A stretch of DNA of 64,000 bases from an uncultured Gammaproteobacteria bacterium (GTDB lineage Bacteria > Patescibacteriota > Microgenomatia > JALYQM01). The translations under genes were made by a program, and so were the position numbers. Positions 10,104 to 19,716 of the stretch are shown here, in pieces. The stretch covers positions 131,396 to 195,395 of the forward strand of contig CAZHTP010000003.1 in NCBI GenBank assembly GCA_964535655.1, given 5' to 3'. Under the pieces are notes generated by a model. It made no database searches, was not told where the DNA came from, and saw only the letters and a list, made by a program, of their open reading frames with translations. Within the stretch, counting starts at the first letter, position 1. Each line of letters starts with the position of its first letter.

Positions 10104-10930
10104 AATGCATAGAGGGAAACTGAAGAAGCAGATAAAGGAACTTTATCATTAGGCTTATCTACTGTTTTAAATATCCAAAACCCCAATCGAATCAGCAGCG
10201 GACGCTGGGGAGTTTTCTCAGTCTCAAATTTACTTACGGATTCTTTCATTTCAGGAGACATTTTTCCACCATATAAAAGTCTCGCCATTATATTTAAGAG
10301 ATAATGTTGAAAGGGCAAGGAATAGTGAGTGATAGCTTGTTGATCAAGTACTTTAAACTTATGCTCTTCGAGCTTTTTGCGCAATTCGTCAACCTGATAT
10401 AAACGTAAATGACCATACCAAATTCCAGCAAAGAAATCATCGAACGGACTGTGCTTGATGGGATGATGAAAGATATTTTGCATGATCCAATTTAATGGAT
10501 CCCAGAGAAAGGGAAAATTGTAATTAGGAACTGTCATCGCTAACAAACCACCTGGTGTTAATACTCTGTAGAGCTCATCAAATCCTTTGCTTTCCAGAGG
10601 AACGTGTTCCATAACTTCTGTAAGAATTATTTTATCGAAAGAGTTGGCAGGATAGGGTATCTGGTGTACTGATCCTTGATCAATTTGAATATTTTTATCT
10701 TTCAAATTTACCCGTGCAGAATTAAGGGCATTTTCATCAAAATCATATAGAGTGATTTTGGCTTCAGAGAGCTCTGATACTAACTTAGAATAGTAGCCAT
10801 CTCCTCCCCCTGCATCAAGAACTGAGTCGGAATCTTTAATATCTAATGCTGTGAGAATAGTGCGAGCTCTTCTCTTTAATGCCATATCTCCAACATTATC
10901 GAGCATTTTTTCAAGTTTTTGTGTGTTCAT
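10091..10930 (-). CDS. class I SAM-dependent methyltransferase
   Basis: VLDAGGGDGYYS motif I; LLAMTVPN motif. Confidence 0.7.
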   Translation of the reverse strand: MNTQKLEKMLDNVGDMALKRRARTILTALDIKDSDSVLDAGGGDGYYSKLVSELSEAKITLYDFDENALNSARVNLKDKNIQIDQGSVHQIPYPANSFDKIILTEVMEHVPLESKGFDELYRVLTPGGLLAMTVPNYNFPFLWDPLNWIMQNIFHHPIKHSPFDDFFAGIWYGHLRLYQVDELRKKLEEHKFKVLDQQAITHYSLPFQHYLLNIMARLLYGGKMSPEMKESVSKFETEKTPQRPLLIRLGFWIFKTVDKPNDKVPLSASSVSLYALCQK

Positions 10931-10969
10931 ACTATGTATTTGTACCTAAGTAGCTACTAAAATGCAAGC

Positions 10970-12928
10970 TTATCTTTTTTCATATAGTTCAATCTGTGCA
11001 TTATCAAAGGTTTTTTTTACGTTTAAAGTTCCAATTTCATTGGAATAAAGCTCTTGCCCGAGGTAACGAGGAACTAAGATGATAGCGTTGTGGTCAATGT
11101 TTAAAGTCATAGGCTGATCTTTTTTCCGTGTATAGTACTGCCACTTAGTCTTGCTTAATTTCTCTGCCAAGTAAGACTTGGCGTAGATAAATGGTGTACG
11201 AGCGCGATATTCCACAGTTTGGTTGGGCGCCAGATAAATAACTTTTTTATGGGAGTTTCTTAGCTTCGTAAGTGCTTCGATTTCGTATGAAGTGAGAATA
11301 CTATTTTCAGGATCTTTTAGTTGCTGATACAGCCACATTGAGGGAATGATAATTACTAACAATGGAATAAGAGTTGCTAGTTTTTTATTCCCGGTTTTGA
11401 AAAGTACGACCGTTGTCGTTAGTAAGCCAAGAAGAATAAAGCCATACCATAGATTAATTACAATATTTCTTTTACTTTTACTAACAGATTCTTTCCAAGC
11501 TTTGAACTCTTTGCTGATTTTTTCTATTTTAAGCAGAACCTGTGCCTGTTGCGTGTACTGTAACTGCAGCGTATGGTTTTCTTTGTAATCAAATGGGAAT
11601 TCTTCGTCATTAACAAATAACTGCTTCGGAGCAAAGGTCACCAGATTTTTCTGACCGTCAAAAACAGTAACATAAATTCCCTCTTCTTCAATTCTTAGAA
11701 TTCCTGTATCTTGAGCAATTTGCTTTTCCTGCTGAGGGAACCTTACTGAATCTACAACTGCCTTGGTGTTAATTCTAAGTGATTTTTGTGTATTTGGAAT
11801 AACATTAAAATCTTCAGATGACGTGTTTTTATAATCTCGGACATCGAATAAATACACTTTATCTCCTCTTCTTTGAATGCCTGCCCGATAAAAGGATGAA
11901 TTATACCAAATGGTTTGATTGTTATTTTCGTAATCTTTGGAAATAAAATATGCTGTAGGTGGCAAGATCTGTTTTGCGTTTAAAAATTGTGTGGCATACT
12001 CCTTCATCGTTCGTAGTTGCAGTCGTCCTTCTTTCTCCCACCCTTTGGTTTGAGCAACTTGTTTTCCATAATCCCGATAGCCTTCTGGGATTATTCCCCC
12101 TTCAAGGCCAAAAACTAATTGATCTCCGGCTTTTTTCAGAAAAATATCCTGCAAATACTGAATATAGCGTAAGTCGTATCCTTTAGTGGCATAATCCTGC
12201 ATGCTGAAGGTGCTGTGAGTAACTGAATCACCATAGGCACGATTAGGGTCTCGCGGCGCCCATTGCATTACTACGGCTTTGCTACTTGATTCATAATCTT
12301 TTGCTGGGACGGTTGCATTATCTGGTCGGGAAAGATATGGGATGCTCCACGGAGTTCCCCAAATAGAATAGGCATCGGTATTAAATTGATCGGAGCACTG
12401 GAGAACAGCGGTTATTCCATATTTCTGTTTCATATACTCAATGGGTTCTGCACCTACCCACCACGCTCCAACAGATGTTGGATAGTATCCGAAGACCGAC
12501 TTGAACTTATTAAAAGTAGTATCGATTATTTTATGTCGTTCGTATAAATCGTAGGAGACGAGTAATAATCCATCGGAATGGTACCATTGATTTTTTCCCC
12601 GGTACTGTACTTCGGATTTTTGGGCAGTATTTTTATCTATTTCCAAAAATATTCCGTGCTCCTGGTTTTGCATTTCTGCTTTAGCAAGATTGGTCATTTG
12701 ATTGTTTTCTAAGGCTGAATATTGCCACAACCACGTCGCTGAAACTGAAGCATCTTTGGTATATTGCCATTGGGATTTAAGGCTGGCTACTAGGTCCTGA
12801 TTTTCCAACCCCAATTGTGGTCCGCGTAGAGGATTAACGATTGTGATGGTGCCCGAAGCAACGGCCTTGCTAGGATGTGTGAGTAAGAACAGAAACACGA
12901 AGATAATTATTGCGATTCGTTTATACAT
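10970..12928 (-). CDS. exported hypothetical protein with signal peptide and C-terminal pair of TM helices
   Basis: MYKRIAIIIFVFLFLLTHPSKAVASG signal; 650 aa, W/Y-rich ectodomain; no confident family assignment. Confidence 0.45.
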   Translation of the reverse strand: MYKRIAIIIFVFLFLLTHPSKAVASGTITIVNPLRGPQLGLENQDLVASLKSQWQYTKDASVSATWLWQYSALENNQMTNLAKAEMQNQEHGIFLEIDKNTAQKSEVQYRGKNQWYHSDGLLLVSYDLYERHKIIDTTFNKFKSVFGYYPTSVGAWWVGAEPIEYMKQKYGITAVLQCSDQFNTDAYSIWGTPWSIPYLSRPDNATVPAKDYESSSKAVVMQWAPRDPNRAYGDSVTHSTFSMQDYATKGYDLRYIQYLQDIFLKKAGDQLVFGLEGGIIPEGYRDYGKQVAQTKGWEKEGRLQLRTMKEYATQFLNAKQILPPTAYFISKDYENNNQTIWYNSSFYRAGIQRRGDKVYLFDVRDYKNTSSEDFNVIPNTQKSLRINTKAVVDSVRFPQQEKQIAQDTGILRIEEEGIYVTVFDGQKNLVTFAPKQLFVNDEEFPFDYKENHTLQLQYTQQAQVLLKIEKISKEFKAWKESVSKSKRNIVINLWYGFILLGLLTTTVVLFKTGNKKLATLIPLLVIIIPSMWLYQQLKDPENSILTSYEIEALTKLRNSHKKVIYLAPNQTVEYRARTPFIYAKSYLAEKLSKTKWQYYTRKKDQPMTLNIDHNAIILVPRYLGQELYSNEIGTLNVKKTFDNAQIELYEKR

Positions 12929-12935
12929 TTAAAAG

Positions 12936-14069
12936 TTAATACGAGTTAATTATTATTTCAGCATTTTTTTCACTAAATTTTTCTTCAGCATAGGCACGGC
13001 AGCTTTTATTTATCTGATCGTTATTTGTTACCCGCTGTTGCATGCTTTGAATCGCCTGAACAATATTTTCTGGAGTGATATCAACTAATTCTCCGACGGA
13101 TCGGTCGAGAATCTCAGGAATTCCGCCGCGATTTGAACCGATTACCGGGGTCCCACAGGATAAAGCCTCCATAATTACACGGCCGGCTCCTTCTTCATGA
13201 GTTGAAGGGATGATAAAAACATCGGTTGCCTGAAAATACTGTGGCAAGATAGTGTTTACGATTTTACCTATAAAATCGAGCCTTTCATTGCTTTGCGCTG
13301 CAATTTTTACTTTATCTTCAAGTGGCCCTGTTCCGGCGATATGAATTGTAACTTGATTGTTACTTTTTAATAATTCAGCTGCTTGGAGTAATTCGTTGAT
13401 TCCTTTTTTTTCGAAAATCCTGCCTACGAATAAAACATGGAATTGATTGGTATCCCAATGTAGAGATTGTTTTGCGGCTGATTTATCTTTGAGAATAAAT
13501 AATTCCTGATTTACCCAATAGATGTATGGTTGGATTTTTTTTGCTGACACTCCTAACTTAACTAGCTCGGTTTTAGAATGATTCAGGAGGGAAAGAATTT
13601 GGTCGGCGCGATTACATGTCCAACGGGTTATTTTGGCAAATAGTGATTCTCCCTGAAATTCGTACACTGCATGGGTGCTTATAACAACTTTTACTTTAAA
13701 TATGGGCTTAAGAAGTACTGAAATAAAGGCTGCGTTAATGCCTTGGGCATGTACGGTTTTTACATTGGGGTGCGTTAGCAGGAAGAAAAAGGATGCCCAT
13801 AATAGCCGCGGGGTTAGATAGAGAAAATCTAATGCGGGATACGGTTCGACTTTATAGAATAAACTACGAATCCATTCTATGCGATGAATTTCAACATTGC
13901 CTTTCGTTTCTATTTTGGGAGCAGTTATTTTTAACATTAAAGGCTGATATGTTAAGACGTATGAACGAAAGGATTGTTTATCCAAAACGTTAACTAGATC
14001 ATCTAAATGAGTTTCAACGCCACCAATATTGGGAGAAAAAAATGGAGTGAGAATTAAGACATCGGACAT
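12936..14069 (-). CDS. GT4-family glycosyltransferase
   Basis: EEGAGRVIMEALSCGTPVIGSNRGGIPE motif. Confidence 0.75.
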   Translation of the reverse strand: MSDVLILTPFFSPNIGGVETHLDDLVNVLDKQSFRSYVLTYQPLMLKITAPKIETKGNVEIHRIEWIRSLFYKVEPYPALDFLYLTPRLLWASFFFLLTHPNVKTVHAQGINAAFISVLLKPIFKVKVVISTHAVYEFQGESLFAKITRWTCNRADQILSLLNHSKTELVKLGVSAKKIQPYIYWVNQELFILKDKSAAKQSLHWDTNQFHVLFVGRIFEKKGINELLQAAELLKSNNQVTIHIAGTGPLEDKVKIAAQSNERLDFIGKIVNTILPQYFQATDVFIIPSTHEEGAGRVIMEALSCGTPVIGSNRGGIPEILDRSVGELVDITPENIVQAIQSMQQRVTNNDQINKSCRAYAEEKFSEKNAEIIINSY

Positions 14070-14127
14070 GGGTGTATTTTATCATTTTATTGCAGTAAGT
14101 GTTGCCAAGAGAGTTAACAGCAATAAA

Positions 14128-14323
14128 TTACTTTTTGTAATTGACTATGCAAAGGCTCAGGAGCTGCACATTGCGTAAAATTATCCCAGCAATTGACTTA
14201 TCTTCAAGTAATAATCCCATCATTATTCCGAATAGAGGAATCCCTTGAGCAAAATTACTTGTGCCATCAATCGGATCAATCACCCTTGATTAACTCATTT
14301 TGAATAAATCCTTTAAATTTCAT
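14128..14323 (-). pseudogene. remnant of an inositol monophosphatase (IMPase/SuhB/CysQ) family gene: ~65 codons in two frames, truncated
   Basis: Manual translation gives MKFKGFIQNELIKGD*. A frameshift then gives VIDPIDGTSNFAQGIPLFGIMMGLLLEDKS..., which contains the IMPase signature DPIDGT. The parent enzymes are ~260 aa. Confidence 0.4.
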
Positions 14324-14324
14324 A

Positions 14325-15380
14325 TTATTGACTCCATTTTGAACGGTCGTAGATTTCTTTTTTAACAAAGCTCTTGATTCGCTCTGTAGTATATACGTAG
14401 AGCGTTATTTCACAAAGAACGGGATGCATGAGCCATACCCAATCAGGTTTACGAAAAAAACCAATCACTGCCTGCGCAAGAAGTGGCAAAACAGTCAAAC
14501 AGGAGGCAATAAATAATACTAGTCCTGTAAAACTCGGACCGCCTGGATACAGTATTTTGAGAAAAATATTGCGCGTGTCGTGACTCACTCTGAGATTTTT
14601 TGACTGATAATACACATAATCACGCACACGACGCTGCTGCTTTCTTACAAATGTTTTAATGTCTGGTGTAAACAGATGTACCAGGCCAGTATCTACTTTT
14701 GCCATAAAACAGGAATTAGTATCGGGATTGTTTTGCATTAAAAGATTCATTACGTCAACATCAAAAAGATACTCGTCTTGTAATAGTGGCGACAAAAGGT
14801 TCCTTCTTACTGCAAAACCATTTGCACCAACCGTGGGTAATGGTTTATCTTTAAAAAGCTGGACTTTAAGATATCCTTCTTTTTTTTGCGTGGGAATATT
14901 AAGAGAAGTCCATTTATTAGTTATTACGCTAATATGATCATAATTTCCTAAAAATAGATTAATTGGATCGCCCATTCCCATATAGGCAAAATATCTTGTT
15001 AATGCGTTATCTGTTTTTCTTGAAAGAAAATATATCGACTCGGCGGCAACGATTTCTCCGTCATTAAACGGTTTTTGAAGCTTGGTTAACCAATCCGGAT
15101 CGATAAGAATATTATCGGAATCCAGAAAAATTACAAATTCACCTTGGGCCACTTTTAATCCCGCCATTTTACCGGCTTCACCTGTTTTTAAGGGATTAGC
15201 AACTATTTTTGTATTATATTTATTTACAATATCTAAAGTTTGATCTATTGATCCGCCATCGGCAATTATGATTTCGTATTCTTCCTTAGGATAGTTTTGA
15301 GCTACGACGTATTTTAAACACTCATCAAGTGTTCTCTGGGCATTTAATGTTGGAATTATTATTGAATATGTCATAGGCAA
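14325..15380 (-). CDS. family 2 glycosyltransferase
   Basis: YSIIIPTLNAQRTLDECLKYVVAQNY...IIIADGGSIDQT...LDSDN. Confidence 0.8.
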   Translation of the reverse strand: MPMTYSIIIPTLNAQRTLDECLKYVVAQNYPKEEYEIIIADGGSIDQTLDIVNKYNTKIVANPLKTGEAGKMAGLKVAQGEFVIFLDSDNILIDPDWLTKLQKPFNDGEIVAAESIYFLSRKTDNALTRYFAYMGMGDPINLFLGNYDHISVITNKWTSLNIPTQKKEGYLKVQLFKDKPLPTVGANGFAVRRNLLSPLLQDEYLFDVDVMNLLMQNNPDTNSCFMAKVDTGLVHLFTPDIKTFVRKQQRRVRDYVYYQSKNLRVSHDTRNIFLKILYPGGPSFTGLVLFIASCLTVLPLLAQAVIGFFRKPDWVWLMHPVLCEITLYVYTTERIKSFVKKEIYDRSKWSQ

Positions 15381-15424
15381 TATAATTAGTTGTCATTATA
15401 ACCTGAAGCTTCGTATGTTACAAT

Positions 15425-16189
15425 TTGAGTATGAAAGAGCTTGATAACAAAATTGCACTGGTGACTGGAGCAGCAAAAGGAATTGGTCGCGGGATAGCAC
15501 TGGAGATGGCCAAGGCAGGGGCTACTGTTGTTCTTGCTGATATTGATGATGCAAGCTTATTGCAAACGGAGCGAGCATTTGTGAATGAAGGGTATTCATG
15601 TGCCGCTCAGAACTCTGATGTTAGTTCGCGTGAGCAAAATGATTCGCTTGTTGATAGTATATTAGAAAAATATGGTCGCATCGATATTTTAGTTAATAAT
15701 GCTGGATATTACCAAGATATGCCCTTACTTGATGGTAATTTTGCTGATGTCCAGAAGATTTTTCTCACTAATATTATTGGTCCTTACTTTTTAACTCAAC
15801 GTGTTGCCCGTGAAATGATATCCCAAAAAACTCATGGCTCGATACTTTTTACCTCTTCCACTCATGCTCGAGTCACTATTATGCGGCCGGCGTATTCTTC
15901 TTCCAAAGCCGCAGTCGAGATGTTTGTACGGGAAACTGCATTGGAGCTGGCAGAATTTGGTATTCGGGTCAATGCTGTTGCGCCTGGCGCCATAGATATT
16001 TGGGCTATGGAAAACAGAAGATCTGAACATGTTCCGATGGGACATTTGGGGACTCCTGAAGATATAGGGCACGCCATGGTTTATTTAGCTAGTGATAAAG
16101 CTCTCTATATAACCGGGCAAACACTAACTGTTGATGGTGCTTTTTCATTGGCACATACCCATTACTGGGGTAAAAAAGGTAAACTGTAG
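15425..16189 (+). CDS. SDR-family oxidoreductase (3-oxoacyl-ACP reductase-like)
   Basis: LVTGAAKGIGRGIA (TGxxxGxG), NNAG, YSSSKAA (YxxxK). Probable true start is ATG at 15431. Confidence 0.8.
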   Translation: MSMKELDNKIALVTGAAKGIGRGIALEMAKAGATVVLADIDDASLLQTERAFVNEGYSCAAQNSDVSSREQNDSLVDSILEKYGRIDILVNNAGYYQDMPLLDGNFADVQKIFLTNIIGPYFLTQRVAREMISQKTHGSILFTSSTHARVTIMRPAYSSSKAAVEMFVRETALELAEFGIRVNAVAPGAIDIWAMENRRSEHVPMGHLGTPEDIGHAMVYLASDKALYITGQTLTVDGAFSLAHTHYWGKKGKL

Positions 16190-16254
16190 ATTCCAACAAA
16201 ATAGATATTGCAATTCGTCTTCTTTTTGAACTATAGTTTTAGAAGGGTCGTACC

Positions 16255-16812
16255 ATGTGTACTGTTGAAGGATTATTTGCTCGAGAATTTTCCGTACGTT
16301 TAGACCAAAACGGTCAAAGAAGAATTGCTTCACTTCTTGATATTCCACAACAAAATCCGAAATTTGAAGTTGTTTCTTTGGATGCTCATTCAATAACGCA
16401 TGTAGCGGTGAATATCGCTGAACCTTTAACTGAAATTCCAGTAGACCAGCTTGCCGATCCACAATTTCTAAATCGTTACTATCATCGTCATTTGGGGAAT
16501 TTAGATGGATTTAGAGCCGTAGTTGTTGACTCAGGTACATATGCACTCGTGCTTCGTCAAATTGAGCTTCACCATCCGGGGTTTTTACGAGATACATTTT
16601 TAATTGATCCGGACGGAAATAAAGGATTAAGTGGATTCCGCTGGATTGTAACGCAGGACGAACCACTGCGGTTACGCGACCCCCATGGTTGTACACTGAC
16701 TTATGCTGCGGTCCTAGCTTCACATAACGGCACAGATTTTTGTCTAGGACATCGGATGATTAGTTCCGGCGCCGCCGATATCGGGATACTTCCGGTTATT
16801 ATTCCTGAATAA
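16255..16812 (+). CDS. hypothetical protein, in a locally GC-enriched segment
   Basis: 185-aa ORF with no recognised motif. The region is noticeably GC-richer than its flanks, with competing ORFs on both strands. Confidence 0.35.
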   Translation: MCTVEGLFAREFSVRLDQNGQRRIASLLDIPQQNPKFEVVSLDAHSITHVAVNIAEPLTEIPVDQLADPQFLNRYYHRHLGNLDGFRAVVVDSGTYALVLRQIELHHPGFLRDTFLIDPDGNKGLSGFRWIVTQDEPLRLRDPHGCTLTYAAVLASHNGTDFCLGHRMISSGAADIGILPVIIPE

Positions 16813-16817
16813 ACTAC

Positions 16818-16841
16818 GGTAGAGAAAAACCTACCTTTTTA
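16818..16841 (+). terminator. putative intrinsic terminator
   Basis: GGTAG-agaaaaac-CTACC hairpin followed by TTTTT, between convergent genes. Confidence 0.35.
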
Positions 16842-16845
16842 ATTC

Positions 16846-19680
16846 TTACTTATATTGGAAGTACCCTCCACACATCAACCATTCTGATTGTTTGTATCCT
16901 TTGGAACATCCATTATCGGTAGTCCAGGTACCTGTTGAAAGCACTGAAGGACTGGCACTCATATAATCTGTTCCGTCAATATTGATTTTCTCAATGCGGA
17001 CATTACGATCCTCTCCTGTTGCAGAATTGAAATAGTCATTTAAGAATCTGACCCGAACTTGCTCCGGTACAATTTTATAGGTCGCGTTAAATACTTTTTC
17101 GACAAACTGACCAGTAACCGGATTACCGGCAATACCGGTGAATGAAGCAACCTGTCTAAAGCCAGCATTATTTATATTAACGTTTAATCCAATTGAGGGA
17201 TATACTCCTCGCACTGCGTTTCCTGCAGCATATATTGCTACTCGTGAGCCTGTTGAAACCAACGGTGGTGGGGTTATATTATTTATGGTTGTCGACGCAG
17301 GTGTTGCGGTTGGAACTAGACTTGGGGTCTTGTTTGGTGAAGGAGACTGTGTAATTGAACTTGTAGCTACTGGAGTTCCACCACTCTCAAGACCCATTTT
17401 CTGTTCAATAAACCAATAACTGTCATTGGCGCGCATAGCAGGGCTAATATATGAGGTGAAATTAGAAAATAGATCACGTGGTTGTGTAAATGTTGGTGCA
17501 TTATTTTTATCGTAATCGAGTTCGATATGGACGTTAAGGACATCAGTGCCGACGTTAAACATGAGCTGGTTCATTCCTTGAATCAGTTCTGCCGGATCAA
17601 TGTAGATTCCATCAGAATGCGGCGTATATGTTCCTACAATTTCCGTAATATTTTGTGATTGAATATTTAGTTTTGGATCTGGAAGTGGATATGTTTTACC
17701 ATTTACCACTACATTTTGACTTGAGTTCCAGGTATATGTCGAATTGCCAAATGGTTGCATTGTAAACATTAAACGAGCTTTACCGACTGGAGTACCAATG
17801 GGATCAGGAATTGGTATTTTTGTAGTTCTGTTACCTGATGGAACCGGGTTTGCCACTGTGCCGCGAGCAATCATTGGAGTTGTGCCTGTTGCTTCGCCGT
17901 CGATATAGTTATGTGTTACGATTGTCGGCGCAGGTCCATTGAACCCAAAATTATCCCAATGAAGCATGGAGGTGGTCGGACCAATAATTCCGTTATATTG
18001 TTTTCCGGTGTTATATGAGAATAGCGTTGAATGAATCTGATATTTATTTATATTTGCAAATAGCGCGGGGGTTGCGGCTTCAGCCATTAAAGCGCTATCT
18101 ATAAATAATTTTATTTTTTGAGGTGAATATTGTATAACCCAATGCCTTCGGACGTTAGGAACTGGGTTAATGGGTGCACTAATTTCAGCGATAGGACTAA
18201 ATCCACCGGTCTGTTTTCCGGCAATATTACAATCCTGAATAGAGGCTCCACCATCCCAGGTTGCGCTGGCCTGCTTAGTTTGGTTAAGGGAATGCGGATT
18301 ATTAGAAGCGTCATAATAGTGGAATACTATTTTATCCATATATTGGGTAATGCGAATCATTCTACCCGGATCTTCGTGATCGGCATCAAAGAGATCATTG
18401 TGGCTAGTGATATCAAGCGGCATACCATTTTTACGAGCGTCGGCAGGGATGATATCGATGTACCAAACATCTCTTGGCTGAGATACCCCGTCCATATCGA
18501 ATTCAATTTGCCCTGGGTTTGCTTCGGATTTACCTGTAATATCAAAGATCGCCCGTGGGCGTGCAACGTTTCCATCTCGGTCACAATTTGATTCAGTTTG
18601 ATTATGAGCATGGAATTGGGAGTTAATAAATTGCCCATCTTCACCTACTTTAACGCATGCGGTTGAAGCATGATTCCATTTTGCTTCATCAAACCCACCT
18701 GCTGAAATGTTGAAATCGTCAAAAAACCCGGTTAAACGTGATCGCATCGCGTCTACTCGAGCAGTGGTTGGGATAACTGAAGTTACAACCGGAAGAGACA
18801 CATTTCCATTTGCCACTGCGTAGGTATCTGAACCACCTTGTTCACTTGATGTTGGTATTGTATTGTATGATCCCTGTACCGATTGCACTTGAACAATATA
18901 TTTTACTCCATTTTCAAGTGGTTGAATTTGGGTAATGGGATGAATTGTTTGCTTCATATCGGTAAATGTTCCAAGACTTTCTTTGCCCCAGCGAACAACA
19001 TACCCTACCACATTTCCTCCACTTGCCGGATCCCAGGTAACGGTGGCAACTTGATCATCAGCAAAAATTTGTACATTTTTTGGTTGCGGAATACCTGAAA
19101 GTTCAGCAGCCATTGATTGATTAGCTCTACTAGCATTAAAGAGAGCTGCAACAATTGTTTTTTGATACGTAGCAATTGTTATAATAAAGGCAAAAACTAA
19201 GACAAACACAAGAGCATCGAATGCAAGCGTTTGAATATTTGTTTTCTTAACGGCTGGAGCATTTTTATTACTGATATTACCGTACAATGCTAAAGCAATT
19301 AATAATGCCGCAGCTGTTAACACTAAAAGAACGGTGGTTCCTGTTGAGGCTGAGAACCAACCAATCTGGGCAATATCTACGGTAAGTGGCTTCCCTTCTA
19401 ATTTTACGGTGTTATTATATGTTTTTCCATTATAAAAAGTTCGCAATGAATACTCGCCGTGAGGTATATCTTCGAAGGTCGCAAATCCTTGTGTATCGGT
19501 TTTTCTGCTTTGATCAGCAAGCGAAATATCCGTGTTTGGAAGAACTGCGGATTTATTGAGAACTCGTACTGTCGTAAACATTGGCATTGCCATTTGATGC
19601 TGGGAATAAACTGGTAGCGTAACCACTCCAAAAGATATTACGATGAAAGTAAGAAGCATGACTTTTAATTTTTTACGCAT
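16846..19680 (-). CDS. large cell-surface protein (944 aa): signal peptide, CarboxypepD_reg-like domain, two TM helices, fibronectin type III domain, ConA/GH16-like domain and C-terminal carbohydrate-binding-like module
   Basis: N-terminal signal. DTQGFATFEDIPHGEYSL (CarbopepD_reg-like). FN3-like VATVTWDPASGGNVVGYVVRW. DDFNISAGGFDEAKW resembles the GH16/ConA-like N-terminal motif. Cys-containing C-terminus. Confidence 0.5.
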   Translation of the reverse strand: MRKKLKVMLLTFIVISFGVVTLPVYSQHQMAMPMFTTVRVLNKSAVLPNTDISLADQSRKTDTQGFATFEDIPHGEYSLRTFYNGKTYNNTVKLEGKPLTVDIAQIGWFSASTGTTVLLVLTAAALLIALALYGNISNKNAPAVKKTNIQTLAFDALVFVLVFAFIITIATYQKTIVAALFNASRANQSMAAELSGIPQPKNVQIFADDQVATVTWDPASGGNVVGYVVRWGKESLGTFTDMKQTIHPITQIQPLENGVKYIVQVQSVQGSYNTIPTSSEQGGSDTYAVANGNVSLPVVTSVIPTTARVDAMRSRLTGFFDDFNISAGGFDEAKWNHASTACVKVGEDGQFINSQFHAHNQTESNCDRDGNVARPRAIFDITGKSEANPGQIEFDMDGVSQPRDVWYIDIIPADARKNGMPLDITSHNDLFDADHEDPGRMIRITQYMDKIVFHYYDASNNPHSLNQTKQASATWDGGASIQDCNIAGKQTGGFSPIAEISAPINPVPNVRRHWVIQYSPQKIKLFIDSALMAEAATPALFANINKYQIHSTLFSYNTGKQYNGIIGPTTSMLHWDNFGFNGPAPTIVTHNYIDGEATGTTPMIARGTVANPVPSGNRTTKIPIPDPIGTPVGKARLMFTMQPFGNSTYTWNSSQNVVVNGKTYPLPDPKLNIQSQNITEIVGTYTPHSDGIYIDPAELIQGMNQLMFNVGTDVLNVHIELDYDKNNAPTFTQPRDLFSNFTSYISPAMRANDSYWFIEQKMGLESGGTPVATSSITQSPSPNKTPSLVPTATPASTTINNITPPPLVSTGSRVAIYAAGNAVRGVYPSIGLNVNINNAGFRQVASFTGIAGNPVTGQFVEKVFNATYKIVPEQVRVRFLNDYFNSATGEDRNVRIEKINIDGTDYMSASPSVLSTGTWTTDNGCSKGYKQSEWLMCGGYFQYK

Positions 19681-19716
19681 AGGAATTACCCAGTAATTAG
19701 TGCTTGCACTAGCATA

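Noticed and set aside
16145-16723. Minus-strand ORFs (105 and 70 aa) in the GC-rich segment
   Set aside because: They overlap the longer plus-strand ORF. GC-rich DNA inflates ORF length, and no motifs are seen, so the single plus-strand ORF is kept at low confidence.
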